Assembly: GCA_963714975.1 (NCBI GenBank)
Contig: CAVQQD010000001.1
Span: forward strand, 64,001 to 128,000
Length of the DNA stretch: 64,000 nt
Direction: 5' to 3'
From: an uncultured Gammaproteobacteria bacterium
GTDB lineage: Bacteria > Pseudomonadota > Gammaproteobacteria > JAURND01
The notes beneath the pieces are model-generated. The model had not been told where the DNA came from. It was given only the letters and a program-made list of their open reading frames with translations, and ran no database searches. Every line of letters starts with the position of its first letter. Position 1 is the stretch's first letter. Below are positions 54,002-64,000 of the stretch, piece after piece. The position numbers were made by a program, and so were the translations under genes.

Positions 54002-54138
54002 AACTCCCCAGATGTCATCCCGAGCGAAGCGAGGGATTCTCATGAATGTGGCAAAGCATACGGTAAAAAAATCTGTATGAGACTCTTCTTTGAACAACGA
54101 GATCCCTCGCTTCGCTCAGGATGACATCTGGAGAGTTA
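54002..54138. repeat. REP doublet (REPIN-like)
   Basis: AACTCCCCAGATGTCATCCCGAGCGAAGCGAGGGAT ... ATCCCTCGCTTCGCTCAGGATGACATCTGGAGAGTT. Confidence 0.85.
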
Positions 54139-54149
54139 CAAAATTAGTT

Positions 54150-54659
54150 AATAACGGTTTTAGCTTAAATAAAATTTGCTTTTCAGTGACAGCGCCAAAA
54201 TAGCGAGAATCCCAGGAATTTTCAGCATTGGTACCAATAACCCAATAACCCTGCGTGGCTGCATAATGCCCTCGGGGATAAGCAGATAATTTCCTGCCTT
54301 AAGCAATCTATGCTTTGGGTTTTATAGGGATATTTGACCTCATTAATTACCATGTATTGATTAGTAAGAACAATATCATCTCCTGGCACGGCAATTACTT
54401 GCTTTATCAACGGAATGTGCCCACCACATATTCTTCCAGGCTCAAGATATAAATTCTTTAATCCTAATGTCTTATAAGGTTCTTTTAAACAAAAAAATAC
54501 TAGGTCGCCCCTGTGAATTTGGCCGTAGGTTCTAACATACAGCCCTGGCTTCATGCTCGGAGTAATATTAATTTTTATGCCTACAAAATAACTAGTGAAC
54601 ATTATTCCTAAGAAAATTATTGAAACAAATAGTGGAAATTTTTTTTTAAGTCGCAACAT
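54150..54659 (-). pseudogene. traF: Conjugative pilin signal peptidase TraF (S26), frameshifted; 3' end approximate
   Basis: IN.T.SM..GLY, RGDLV.FC, C.G...PLIK.V.AVPGD; SWDSRYFG in another frame. Confidence 0.8.
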
Positions 54660-54737
54660 TAAAGAACATTTTCATTAAGGTTTTTTTAGGGTACAGTATC
54701 GTTCAGTCAATTCAAACTAAGTAGAAGCGCCAACATT

Positions 54738-55724
54738 ATGACTAGTTACTTTGATTACAATACAATAGGCTTTAATCCTTATCAAGTGTTTACCATCTAC
54801 CCTACCGAATTAAGCCTATTTGGTTCTCATACATTTCATGAGCTCATGATTGCAGATAAAGTACGCATGAATGCGTATAAAAATGCTATTAAGCAAGCAG
54901 GCAAGGATCACCCCCAAGCAATTTGGATAGATGTAGGCGCAGGTCTTGGTCCATTGTCACTGTTTGCGGCAAAGTGGTCAGATCCTAAAAAAATATATGC
55001 CATTGAACAAGCAGAATCAGTGGTTACTTTAGCAAGGAAAGTTATTAATTCACAACCAACTTTGCTCCGCGAAAAAATTGAGCTTCTGCAAGGATCATCC
55101 CTAGACATAACATTGCCACAACAAGCGGATATCCTGCTGACTGAAACCATCGGAAATTTTGGGATCGAGGAAGGAATGCTACAGTTATTAAACGATGCTA
55201 AAAAACGATTTTTAAAACAAGATGCCATTATCATCCCCTCAGAAATCGAATTTATTATCGCCCCCATTGAATCTAACCGCTGCTATCAGCGGATAAATTT
55301 TTGGAAAAAGCTACACTGTGGATTAGATTTTTCAGCAGTCGTTCCCCATGCCGCTTCCACAGTGTATCATCATCGCGCCCTCCCAACAGAGCTGCTCGGA
55401 CCTCCGCAAAAAATGGGGAGTATCGAATTTACTAGCCCCAAGATAATTGAGGAGCGTATTTTTCTAAATAGTTCTCACATTATCACTCGCCCAGGTACTT
55501 TGCATGGCTTTATTGGTTGGTTTAAAGCACATTTGTATGGGAATACATTTCTAAGTAACACCCCATTAACAAAGCATACGCCATTTAATTGGACCCAAGC
55601 CTTTTTCCCTATAGCAGGAATTGAAAATAAATCCCTTAAAATAAAAAAAGGACAACTGATTGCATTTTCAATAGACTGGAACCTCGTAAATAATCAGCTG
55701 CATTGGAACTGCGAGTTGCAATAA
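54738..55724 (+). CDS. Protein arginine methyltransferase-like (PRMT-fold) protein
   Basis: HELMIADKVR..AY..AI, IDVGAGLGPLSLFAA, YAIE, double-E loop TETIGNFGIEE, HGFIGWF, NWTQ.FFP. Confidence 0.8.
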   Translation: MTSYFDYNTIGFNPYQVFTIYPTELSLFGSHTFHELMIADKVRMNAYKNAIKQAGKDHPQAIWIDVGAGLGPLSLFAAKWSDPKKIYAIEQAESVVTLARKVINSQPTLLREKIELLQGSSLDITLPQQADILLTETIGNFGIEEGMLQLLNDAKKRFLKQDAIIIPSEIEFIIAPIESNRCYQRINFWKKLHCGLDFSAVVPHAASTVYHHRALPTELLGPPQKMGSIEFTSPKIIEERIFLNSSHIITRPGTLHGFIGWFKAHLYGNTFLSNTPLTKHTPFNWTQAFFPIAGIENKSLKIKKGQLIAFSIDWNLVNNQLHWNCELQ

Positions 55725-55730
55725 CAAGAA

Positions 55731-56397
55731 TTACTTCGTGGTAGATTGCTTAGTTCTGTAAGCCTGGCCTGGATGCTCTAGCATTTGAGGATATTTGTAT
55801 TGGAGTAATCCCTCTTTTGTCATAGGTGTGAGATATTTACGCACCAAGCGTTTTTTATCTCTCTTTAAAATTGCCGCAAGCTCACTAGTCGTCATTTCTT
55901 TCCATTCACATAGAGCAATTATCGCCTCCCGAAGCTTAGTAGATGGCACTTTTTTTCCTAACTGAGTAAGGATGAATTGTAAGTCATCAGGTAAGTTGCA
56001 GAATTCCTCAAGCTGGTGTCCTTTGCCCTCAAATTGGTGTTGTTCTTTTAAGGGGGCAAGTAGTTGTTCCGTTGGCAGATAATAGGTTTTAGAGCCTTGA
56101 TTTTTTGCTTCTAATAGGCCTAAGTCCCTTAAATTGCGCAAAGAAGCACTAGCAGTCAAAGTGTCCACTTGATTAATATTGCGATAGGCATTGTTATTAA
56201 TAGCACCCACTTCTTTAGTGAAGACAAGTGCCCTGGCTTGTTCATCTGACAATTGCAACGATCGAAAATTTGCTAACCATTGCAAATCTTCTTCCCCTAA
56301 AAAATGATGAAATAAAAAAATGGTGGTGAATAAATCACGGCTTCTATCCGATTCGAATAACGGCGGAGATAAACCCATTTTTTGCATGTTTTCACGC
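55731..56397 (-). pseudogene. C-terminal part of an ATP-binding/RecG-C-like multi-wHTH protein, cut by the mini-IS605
   Basis: GL.PP.FES.R, I.N..YR.IN.VDTL.AS..L..LRD.GLL, P...HP.QAY. Confidence 0.6.
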
Positions 56398-56585
56398 TTG
56401 ACTTCCTTGTCCTAAAGGGCGAGGTTTCCTACTGCGGTTACGCAACCTGTGCGCAACTCGCTTCGGTGGGTTCTTGCTTCCTCGAGCGACCTGACTGCGT
56501 CTTCTCTCCACAAGCTACGCAAGCGTTTCATGCAGCTATTATATTCTGGTCTATGCCAAACTCAATACAGTAAAGAGCGAATCCA
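56398..56585 (-). mobile_element. Mini-IS605 derivative: tnpB promoter fused to omegaRNA/right end
   Basis: 56398-56525 matches about 38445-38575; 56526-56585 matches about 39691-39750. Confidence 0.9.
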
Positions 56586-56858
56586 CTACTTATGTGGAGC
56601 TCCACATAAGTGATTGACCTTGGTCTTCCGGATATGAGTGGCTTAGCATTAGCGCGAATTATTCGCAGGTTTCCAGATAAAATCGGCGCGCTACCAATTA
56701 TCATTTTAACCGCACATGGCACTGAAGCACATAAAAAAGAAGCTCGGGAGTGCGGTTGTAATGGCTTTTTGTTTAAACCACTGCTCGGAGAAGTATGCCA
56801 GGAATTGGTTAACAATTTAGTAGCATCCTATGACAAAGATTATTTTATGGAAAACTAG
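56586..56858 (+). pseudogene. Response-regulator receiver fragment
   Basis: IDLGLPDMSG, PIIILTAH, G.NGFL.KP. Confidence 0.7.
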
Positions 56859-56883
56859 GCATGTCGTGAATTAGCCCCCCCTA

Positions 56884-57062
56884 CGTCGTCCCGCGGCTTG
56901 TCCGCGGGATCCAGTTACAGGCAGAGCGGTCTTTATAATCTATCCGATGCATACAACTCATTTAAGGCTCGTCGTCTCGGCATGGATGCCGGGATCCACG
57001 GCGCAGGAAGCGAATCTTTCACATCCTTGTGAACTGGATCCCTGCATCCTGCAGGGACGACG
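56884..57062. repeat. Cluster of REP-like hairpins
   Basis: CGTCGTCCCGCGGCTTGTCCGCGGGATCC, GTCGTCTCGGCATGGATGCCGGGATCC, GGATCCCTGCATCCTGCAGGGACGACG. Confidence 0.8.
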
Positions 57063-57350
57063 AATTTGCTCTGGCGGACCTTAAAATGAGATATGTGCAT
57101 CGGATAGCATAATCTACAGATATTGCAATTCCTTTCCTGCATTTAACTTAATTGCTTTGGTTTTGCCGATTTTTATCCGATAATTTTTTTTGATCTAGTG
57201 CTATCGATTCACTATATTGCTCCCTAATCCTTTCCTTTTTACAATATCGGAAGATTGAATAGGTAAGTAAAATTGCTCCAGTCACTAAAAAAGCAGTACC
57301 TAATGATATTGCATATTGATTAGAAAAGTCATTTAAATTTTTAAATTCAC

Positions 57351-58142
57351 CTAAAAATGTTTGACTATCAGAGGCAGCAAATAATACACTTCCACTGCCG
57401 ATTGAAACAGCTCCAAAAGAAAGAAAAGTGCTGTATAATTTAGATAAGAAGAATATAAATTATCTAGCTTAATGAAATTTTTCAAATCCTGGGGTGAAAT
57501 TTTTTGATAAAATTCTTCATAGCTATTTTTTAAACTTTGTAAAAAAGTTGATTGCTCGAGTTCCTTGCGTAAATTTCTTCTTATGTCTGGCTGAATAATA
57601 GCACCAAAATAATTTCCATTTGTATCACTTGACTTGGTGATAGAGATAAAAGAATTAATTGTTAGGTCAGTTTCATTTTCATATTGAGATGGTTTGATAT
57701 TAGCACTCTCGAGCTGTTTTGTAAGTGCAGCGATAAATTTTCCTAAGACTCTTGTCGTTTCTTTTTCATTCTTTTGTATTAAGCATTTTGAATGTAAATA
57801 CAATGTGAATTGACCATGACCATTAAATCGCTCTCGGCTACCTCCATCATCAAAGCTAGACATTTTTCTATCCTTGTCAGGATTAACCCATTTAAAAGCC
57901 ATAACCGTTTGGTTTTTCCCTGTTGCTCGGAAATATTGCTTGTGCAATTCTGCAATTAATTGATTAATAGTTTCAATATTTGTTTTATTGTAACTCTCAC
58001 TGTTAATATTAATTCTTAGTTTAACAGCATTAGTAATTTCTCCGGGTCCTATGTTATAAAAATGTACTTCATCGAAAATACTCAAGGGGACTAAAGGAGC
58101 TGCTTTAGGAGGATTAAAATATCGTCTTTCAAACATTAGCAT
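57351..58142 (-). CDS. Hypothetical effector-like protein
   Basis: AT-rich 263-aa ORF with a hydrophobic C-terminus. Confidence 0.5.
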   Translation of the reverse strand: MLMFERRYFNPPKAAPLVPLSIFDEVHFYNIGPGEITNAVKLRININSESYNKTNIETINQLIAELHKQYFRATGKNQTVMAFKWVNPDKDRKMSSFDDGGSRERFNGHGQFTLYLHSKCLIQKNEKETTRVLGKFIAALTKQLESANIKPSQYENETDLTINSFISITKSSDTNGNYFGAIIQPDIRRNLRKELEQSTFLQSLKNSYEEFYQKISPQDLKNFIKLDNLYSSYLNYTALFFLLELFQSAVEVYYLLPLIVKHF

Positions 58143-58556
58143 TTCTCGTGAGTTAAAGGTTATACATTCTTGCCAAAACAGATTTACTTAGTTTTGTCAT
58201 AAACTCTAACATTGCGACCTTAAGTTAACATTAACCACAGGCGACCGGTTTCAAACACCCTCTCTTAAGGCTCACTGCCATTAAGTTAAGCAGGGCAGCC
58301 TCATTAACATGCTGAGGGCAACTCTGCCAGGGCCGGCCAAGTCGGTGAACATGCTAATTTTACTCCATAGGTGTGGGGTGGATGGCAGACGCAGCCGTAG
58401 GGGTGACGCGTGGGGAAACCACGCCGAGCGCAGCGTGCGAGCACGGCGGGTGACCGCGCGGCAGGACCCCGAAGGCGGCGAAGTGGCTGGAACTTAGGAC
58501 TCTCGAGCTAGAATGTAGTAAGGTATAAACTTCAACGTTCATGCGTCTCAATGGCA

Positions 58557-58587
58557 TGGATCCCGCGATCAAGTCGCGGGAAGACGT
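58557..58587. repeat. REP-like hairpin of the 56884 family
   Basis: TGGATCCCGCGATCAAGTCGCGGGAAGACG. Confidence 0.7.
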
Positions 58588-58699
58588 TTTCGCCGAGAAT
58601 GGTGTTTTCGCCGAGAACAATTGCTGCCCTCCCAACTTTGCTGCTGAAACCTTCAAGAATTAAAGGTATCATAAGCCACAAAAATCGAAGGATATTTCT

Positions 58700-59314
58700 A
58701 TGACTACCAAAACTGCGCCTCCTGTGGTGCTGGCCAGCAGCAATTTAGGCAAGCTACAAGAATTTAAAGAGATCTTAGGCGACGTGCATATTTCCATTAT
58801 TCCGCAGTCGGACCTAGGTGTGATAGAAGTGGAAGAAACCGGTCTGAGCTTTGTAGAGAATGCTATCTTGAAAGCACGGAATGCGGCGAAGCAAACCGGG
58901 CTGCCTGCCTTAGCGGATGATTCGGGATTAGAAGTGGATATCTTAAATGGTGCTCCAGGAATTTATTCCGCTCGTTATGCTGGACCAAAGGCTAATTTCC
59001 CTGAAAATTGTAAAAAACTGCTTAGTGATCTAATTGCTGCAGCAGAAGAAGAGCGCACCGCGCGCTTTCAATGTGTCTTGGCTTTATTGAAACATGCTTA
59101 TGATCCAAGCCCGTTAATTTGCCAAGGAACTTGGGAAGGGCGGATTTTATTTGAGCCACGCGGCAATTTAGGCTTTGGTTACGATCCTTTGTTCTATGTT
59201 CCTACTCATGGTTGTTCTGCAGCAGAACTGCCCTCGAATGTGAAAAATCGGCTGAGTCATCGCGCTCAGGCAATTGCTATACTAATTCAAGGTTTACGGA
59301 CTAAATTTCAATAA
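58700..59314 (+). CDS. rdgB: XTP/dITP diphosphatase
   Basis: [45 protein letters not shown]. Confidence 0.95.
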   Translation: MTTKTAPPVVLASSNLGKLQEFKEILGDVHISIIPQSDLGVIEVEETGLSFVENAILKARNAAKQTGLPALADDSGLEVDILNGAPGIYSARYAGPKANFPENCKKLLSDLIAAAEEERTARFQCVLALLKHAYDPSPLICQGTWEGRILFEPRGNLGFGYDPLFYVPTHGCSAAELPSNVKNRLSHRAQAIAILIQGLRTKFQ

Positions 59315-60435
59315 TGACAGCAACCCCCCAAGATGCAGATGTGCAGAAAGTAAACAACACCCTGCAGTGTCAGGGAGATTGGACTTTAAATCATCTGAAT
59401 CTTGTCATTGCTCAGATTAGAAAAATTAAGCTGACTACGCCTGAATTAACTGTGGCCGGAGAGGCTATTACTGCTATGGACAGCGCGGGTGCTTGGACTT
59501 TAGCGAAAATCCTTTCAGCCCTCCAACAACGTGGCACGAAAATTACTCTGTCCGGCTTTCATGAAAAACACCAAGCGCTACTGGCCCTGGTTGAGAATGA
59601 AGCAGCGAAATTATCCGAAGTTATTCCTCCGCCCGCACAATTACCCGTGCTGGCAAGAATAGGAGTAGCTACCGTAGCGAAGCTAGATCAAGTACATCAA
59701 TTTATTGCCTTTTTGGGCGAAGTAGCGGTCAACCTGTGGAAAAATCTCCATCAACTTCGTTCATTTCAATGGCGCAGTTTTCTAAATACCATCGATGAAA
59801 CGGGCTATCAGGCCTTGCCGATTGTGGCTTTGTTATCCTTTGCTATTGGTATCGTACTTGCCTACCAAAGCGCTAATCAATTAAAAAACTATGGGGCCGA
59901 TGCTTATATCGTCAGCATCTTGGGGATTGCTATTTTACAAGAATTTGGTCCCCTGATTACTGCTATTATCATTGCTGGCCGTACTAGCTCGGCTTTTACT
60001 GCGCAAATTGGCACGATGAAAGTTAATGAAGAAATTGATGCCTTGAGCACCATGGGGCTCTCGCCAATCCGTCAACTCGTATTACCCAAAATTTTGGGTT
60101 TGATTGTTGCTTTACCGCTATTAGTGGTGTGGGCGGATATTTTTGGTTTACTAGGTGGTATGATGGTGACTAAAAATATGCTGGGAATAGGACCCTATAA
60201 TTTTATTCTAAAATTTCCCAAAGTAATTGAGCTCAGCACTTTCGTTTATGGATTAATAAAAGCACCTGTATTTGCAGCAATTATCGCGCAAGTCGGGTGT
60301 TTTCAAGGATTTCGGGTGACTGGAACCTCAGATAGCGTAGGCCGGCAAACTACTAAGAGTGTCGTGCAAGCAATTTTTTTAATTATTATTGCCGATTCCA
60401 TTTTTTCCATCATTCTCCCTTGGCAGAATATTTAA
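59314..60435 (+). CDS. mlaE: MlaE-family ABC permease with N-terminal STAS domain
   Basis: MDSAGA, E.GPL.TAIIIAGR..SAFTAQIG.MKVNEEIDAL. Confidence 0.9.
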   Translation: MTATPQDADVQKVNNTLQCQGDWTLNHLNLVIAQIRKIKLTTPELTVAGEAITAMDSAGAWTLAKILSALQQRGTKITLSGFHEKHQALLALVENEAAKLSEVIPPPAQLPVLARIGVATVAKLDQVHQFIAFLGEVAVNLWKNLHQLRSFQWRSFLNTIDETGYQALPIVALLSFAIGIVLAYQSANQLKNYGADAYIVSILGIAILQEFGPLITAIIIAGRTSSAFTAQIGTMKVNEEIDALSTMGLSPIRQLVLPKILGLIVALPLLVVWADIFGLLGGMMVTKNMLGIGPYNFILKFPKVIELSTFVYGLIKAPVFAAIIAQVGCFQGFRVTGTSDSVGRQTTKSVVQAIFLIIIADSIFSIILPWQNI

Positions 60436-60437
60436 AC

Positions 60438-61217
60438 ATGACAGCGCCTTTGATTGAAATTACTGGGCTCGGGAGTTATATTGGCAATCAATGGGTACAC
60501 AAGGACCTGAATTTAACAGTGCAACGAGGAGAAATATTGGCTGTTGTTGGGGGAAGTGGCACCGGTAAGACTGTGTTGTTACAAACCCTATTAATGCTAC
60601 GTCGCCCTGCTATGGGCAGAATTAAACTATTCGGGTGCGATTTAGCCAAGTGCAATGAAGAGGAAGAATTAAGCATTAAGCAGCGTTGGGGCGTTTTATT
60701 TCAACACGATGCCTTATTTAGCTCGCTGACAGTGCTACAGAATGTGCAATTTCCACTTAAGAATTTTACCGAGCTGCCCTTTTCGGTACAAAAAGAAGTG
60801 GCTTTATTGAAAATTGCGATGGCAGGTTTGCCTATTGCTGCCGCAGAAAAATATCCGGCGGAATTAAGCGGCGGAATGCAAAAACGTGCTGCTTTAGCAC
60901 GGGCAATTGTGATGGATCCAGAGCTGTTATTTTTGGATGAACCTACGGCAGGGTTAGATCCGCAGAGTGCGAGTGCTTTTGATGAGTTATTATTGGAGCT
61001 GCATCGAGGCTTAGGGTTAACCGTGATGATGGTAACCCACGATATGGATTCCATTTGGCGCATATCGGATCGAGTGGCCTTTTTGGGTGACGGTCAGGTG
61101 ATTGCCAGCTTACCCTTAGCTGAGTTAGTGCAGCACCCAGACCCGCGCATTCAGGCCTTTTTCAGTGGCTATCGAGGAATGCGTGGGCAAGAGGGGGGCA
61201 CATGGAACCAAAAGTAA
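60438..61217 (+). CDS. mlaF: MlaF-like ABC ATPase
   Basis: GGSGTGKT, LSGGM.KR, LDEPT, VTHD. Confidence 0.9.
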   Translation: MTAPLIEITGLGSYIGNQWVHKDLNLTVQRGEILAVVGGSGTGKTVLLQTLLMLRRPAMGRIKLFGCDLAKCNEEEELSIKQRWGVLFQHDALFSSLTVLQNVQFPLKNFTELPFSVQKEVALLKIAMAGLPIAAAEKYPAELSGGMQKRAALARAIVMDPELLFLDEPTAGLDPQSASAFDELLLELHRGLGLTVMMVTHDMDSIWRISDRVAFLGDGQVIASLPLAELVQHPDPRIQAFFSGYRGMRGQEGGTWNQK

Positions 61218-61999
61218 ATTACACCGTGGTAGGGCTATTTGTTGTCGTACTCACGGCGGTTATTATATTTGGCTTATTATGGTTTTCCGCAGGTAAGCGC
61301 AAGGAACATCTCAATTATCTCGTTTACATGAATGAAGCGGTTACTGGCTTAAGTGAACAAGCACCCGTGAAGTTTAATGGTGTCGAAGTTGGGTATGTCA
61401 GCGACATTAGTCTTAATCCAAGAAATCCTGCTCAAGTCCGGCTTATCCTGAGTGTCGTAACCGGCACCCCCATCAACCAGACGACGGTGGCTAAATTAAT
61501 GTTGCAAGGCATTACCGGCGTCAGCTACATTGGCCTACGAACGGATACCAGCAAGCAACCGCTGCCGTTAGTCAAATTACCAGGGGAAAAATATCCCATC
61601 ATTCCTTCAGCACCTTCCCTTTTAGTACAGTTAGATACTACAATTCGTGAACTGTCGCAAAACTTAAAATCAATCCGTATTGCAGTGCAAGGAGTATTTA
61701 CCAAAGAAAACCAGCAAGCACTGAGCAAAAGTCTGGCAAACATTGCCGAGTTTACTGATGTGCTAGCCAAAAATAGCAAGCAACTCGGGCAAGGAATTAA
61801 AAATGCTTCCTCTGCCTTTGCCCAGGGAAAAACTGCGGCACAGACGGTGTCTGAGCAAGCGTTGCCACAAATTATTCAGGCAATCAATAAATTAACCGGC
61901 GTAATCAATAACTTGGACCAATTTTCTAGCACATTGAAAAATAATCCTGCGATTTTAATTCGCGGCAAAGCTACACCATCCCCAGGACCAGGAGAGTGA
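61202..61999 (+). CDS. mlaD: MlaD/MCE-family protein
   Basis: N-terminal TM, V.GL...APV.FNGV.VG.V, QGITG..YI.L. Confidence 0.9.
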   Translation: MEPKVNYTVVGLFVVVLTAVIIFGLLWFSAGKRKEHLNYLVYMNEAVTGLSEQAPVKFNGVEVGYVSDISLNPRNPAQVRLILSVVTGTPINQTTVAKLMLQGITGVSYIGLRTDTSKQPLPLVKLPGEKYPIIPSAPSLLVQLDTTIRELSQNLKSIRIAVQGVFTKENQQALSKSLANIAEFTDVLAKNSKQLGQGIKNASSAFAQGKTAAQTVSEQALPQIIQAINKLTGVINNLDQFSSTLKNNPAILIRGKATPSPGPGE

Positions 62000-62002
62000 G
62001 AC

Positions 62003-62650
62003 ATGTGGAAACTTTTGAGAAGATTGAAGCTTTTTAAATCCCCCCTAACCTCCCTTTTCCAAAGGGGGGGAGTGGTTTTGTGCGTCACGCTGTTGTTAGG
62101 CGGATGTTCTTTGTTTAGCCCGGTTGAAACGCCTAACAAAACCTATTTATTAAATCCTAGTATGGGAAAAGTGCGCTTTGCACATTCTAAAGATGGGGTC
62201 ATTCTCATATCAACACCCACGGCCAACCCAGGCTACGATACCGAGAATATGGTTTACACGAAAACCCGCTACGAATTAAAGCATTTTGCCGAACATAGTT
62301 GGGTAGCTCCTCCTACCCAAATGCTTGCGCCTTTGCTGGTACAAAGCTTGCAACAAAGCGGGTGTTTCAAAACAGCAGCCATGGCGCCATACTCAGGAGA
62401 AACAAATTATGTGCTGAACACCCAGCTAGTAACTTTGCAGCAAGAATTTCAGGATGAAGGAAGTGATGTAAGATTGGTAATGGAAGCGACATTAGTAGAT
62501 AATCTGAGCCACGAAATAATCGCACATCGCCGCTTCCAGGCCGTTGTTCCAGCATGTCAGAATACTCCGTATGCGGGAGTGATTGCTGCTAATCAGGCTG
62601 TGGCGAATGTGTTAACACAAATTGTGCGTTTTACCTGTACTCATAAATGA
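62003..62650 (+). CDS. ABC auxiliary lipoprotein (PqiC-like)
   Basis: LGGC lipobox, W.APP..ML. Confidence 0.8.
   Translation: MWKLLRRLKLFKSPLTSLFQRGGVVLCVTLLLGGCSLFSPVETPNKTYLLNPSMGKVRFAHSKDGVILISTPTANPGYDTENMVYTKTRYELKHFAEHSWVAPPTQMLAPLLVQSLQQSGCFKTAAMAPYSGETNYVLNTQLVTLQQEFQDEGSDVRLVMEATLVDNLSHEIIAHRRFQAVVPACQNTPYAGVIAANQAVANVLTQIVRFTCTHK
62036..62072 (+). repeat. REP-like hairpin in frame within the signal-peptide region
   Basis: AAATCCCCCCTAACCTCCCTTTTCCAAAGGGGGGAG, encoding KSPLTSLFQRGG. Confidence 0.55.
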
Positions 62651-62662
62651 AAGGAGACCATC

Positions 62663-63106
62663 ATGTTTCATGGAATAAAACCAAAAAAAATATATGTCTT
62701 AGTGGCCAATGCCAGCGAGGCACGGCTTTTTGAAACCACTCGCCTGGGTCACAGCTTAAAATTGCTCCGGGAATTTAGCCACCCAGAAAGTCGCGAAAAA
62801 GATCTTGAGTTATCAGCGGATCGCCCTGGCAGCTATAAAAGTCGGGACGAGGCGCATGGGGCGATGGAATATCCCAAAACGCGCAAAGAAGTAGAGATGG
62901 AGCATTTTGCCCTGGAATTAGCCCATGCGTTAGACCATGATGGTTACGACCAATTAGTAATTATGGCCCCACCGCATTTTCATTCTTTACTGGATCAGCA
63001 TCTAAAAGTGAGTACGCAAGATAAAATTGCGTATAAGGTAGAAAAGGATTACACCAAGGTGCCAATACATGAGCTGGTGTCGTATTTGGAGGAGCTGAGG
63101 GGGTGA
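62663..63106 (+). CDS. Host-attachment (AtsE/baeRF-like) protein
   Basis: VLVAN...ARLF, D.PG, E.E.FA..LA..L, L.I.APP.F, KDYT. Confidence 0.8.
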   Translation: MFHGIKPKKIYVLVANASEARLFETTRLGHSLKLLREFSHPESREKDLELSADRPGSYKSRDEAHGAMEYPKTRKEVEMEHFALELAHALDHDGYDQLVIMAPPHFHSLLDQHLKVSTQDKIAYKVEKDYTKVPIHELVSYLEELRG

Positions 63107-63112
63107 AGGAAT

Positions 63113-63829
63113 TTATTCGGCATTAAAATAAACATTTTGCACGTCATCCAAATCTTCCAACATTTCTTGCAATTTTAGGATTTTTTCGCCTGTTTCTGGG
63201 TCAAGACTAACTTGAGTGCTAGCAATCCAAGTGACCTCAGCATTATCAGGGGTTAATCCGGCTGCAATCATGGTGTTTTTGACTGTTTCAAAGCTAGCAG
63301 GACTGGCATACACATCGATGCTGTGATCGTCATTCGTCACCACATCTTCAGCGCCTGATTCAATCGCAACATTCATAAGCTGATTTTCATCGGCATCCGG
63401 TGCAAAACTCAGGATGCCACACTCATGAAATAAATAAGCCACCGAACCTTCTGTGCCTAAATTACCCCCGCATTTCGCAAAAGCATGTCTTACTTCTGAC
63501 ACCGTGCGGTTGCGATTATCAGTCAGACAATCCACAATCACAGCCACACCACCAGGTCCATAGCCCTCATAGCGAATCTCCTCCATTAAATCCCCGTCTA
63601 AGCCACCTGCCCCTTTTTTCCGTGCCCGCTCTACCGTGTCCTTCGGCATATTATGACTTTGTGCTTTTTCAATCGCCAAGCGTAAGCGCGGATTAGCACT
63701 GGGATCGCCGCCTCCCCTCCGCGCCGCAACGGTAATTTCCCGAATTAATTTGGTAAAAATTTTTCCCCGCTTGGCATCTTGAGATTTTTTGCGGTATTGG
63801 ATATTAGCCCATTTACTATGCCCCGCCAT
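63113..63829 (-). CDS. yebC: YebC/PmpR-family protein
   Basis: [39 protein letters not shown]. Confidence 0.95.
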   Translation of the reverse strand: MAGHSKWANIQYRKKSQDAKRGKIFTKLIREITVAARRGGGDPSANPRLRLAIEKAQSHNMPKDTVERARKKGAGGLDGDLMEEIRYEGYGPGGVAVIVDCLTDNRNRTVSEVRHAFAKCGGNLGTEGSVAYLFHECGILSFAPDADENQLMNVAIESGAEDVVTNDDHSIDVYASPASFETVKNTMIAAGLTPDNAEVTWIASTQVSLDPETGEKILKLQEMLEDLDDVQNVYFNAE

Positions 63830-64000
63830 GAACCTTGCCTGCTGCAACTGAGTTTAACTTTAATCCCAACTCAACTAATTGGGCCTGACTGACGGGGGTG
63901 GGGGCGTGAGTCAATGGGCATTGTCCAGACTGAGTTTTGGGAAAGGCAATTACTTCTCGAATTGATGTACCTCCTACTAATAAAGTCACCAAACGATCCA

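Noticed and set aside
56884-57062. CRISPR array
   Set aside because: Repeats are non-identical, in mixed orientation and irregularly spaced, and no cas genes are present
56933-58656. Short ORFs 56933-57142, 58309-58497 and 58360-58656
   Set aside because: They are translations of palindromic repeats with no protein motifs; most other short antisense ORFs in the track were likewise treated as shadows

Overview
Bacterial chromosome window, probably a Legionellales/Coxiellaceae-like gammaproteobacterium (inferred from PmrAB/QseBC, AddAB, an LqsR-like remnant and several large effector-like ORFs). Positions 1-~44.4 kb are a decayed, multiply nested island cluster. It begins with the start of a GI-T4SS/PFGI-1-type conjugative operon preceded by a lambdoid-like module (Cro/ParB, replication remnant, DUF6475, antiterminator Q), followed by a P4-like integrase. 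Further in are two tRNA-Lys 3'-half att copies, IS66, IS110, IS605/TnpB, IS607 and ISKra4 pieces, an AbiE toxin-antitoxin pair and efflux/metabolic cargo. After tRNA-Pro(CGG) at 44.5 kb come mostly intact core genes (pmrAB, addBA, rdgB, mla-type ABC, yebC) interspersed with REP/RPE-like palindromes and eukaryote-like cargo (PRMT-like, PARG-like). Highlights: (1) an IS110 bridge RNA whose target-binding loop spells the right end of the resident IS605/TnpB element and matches its own insertion flank; (2) a Q gene followed by a pR'/pause/tR'-like cassette reading into a conjugative operon; (3) orphan TnpB omegaRNA cassettes with new guides. All calls are by eye, with no database searches.
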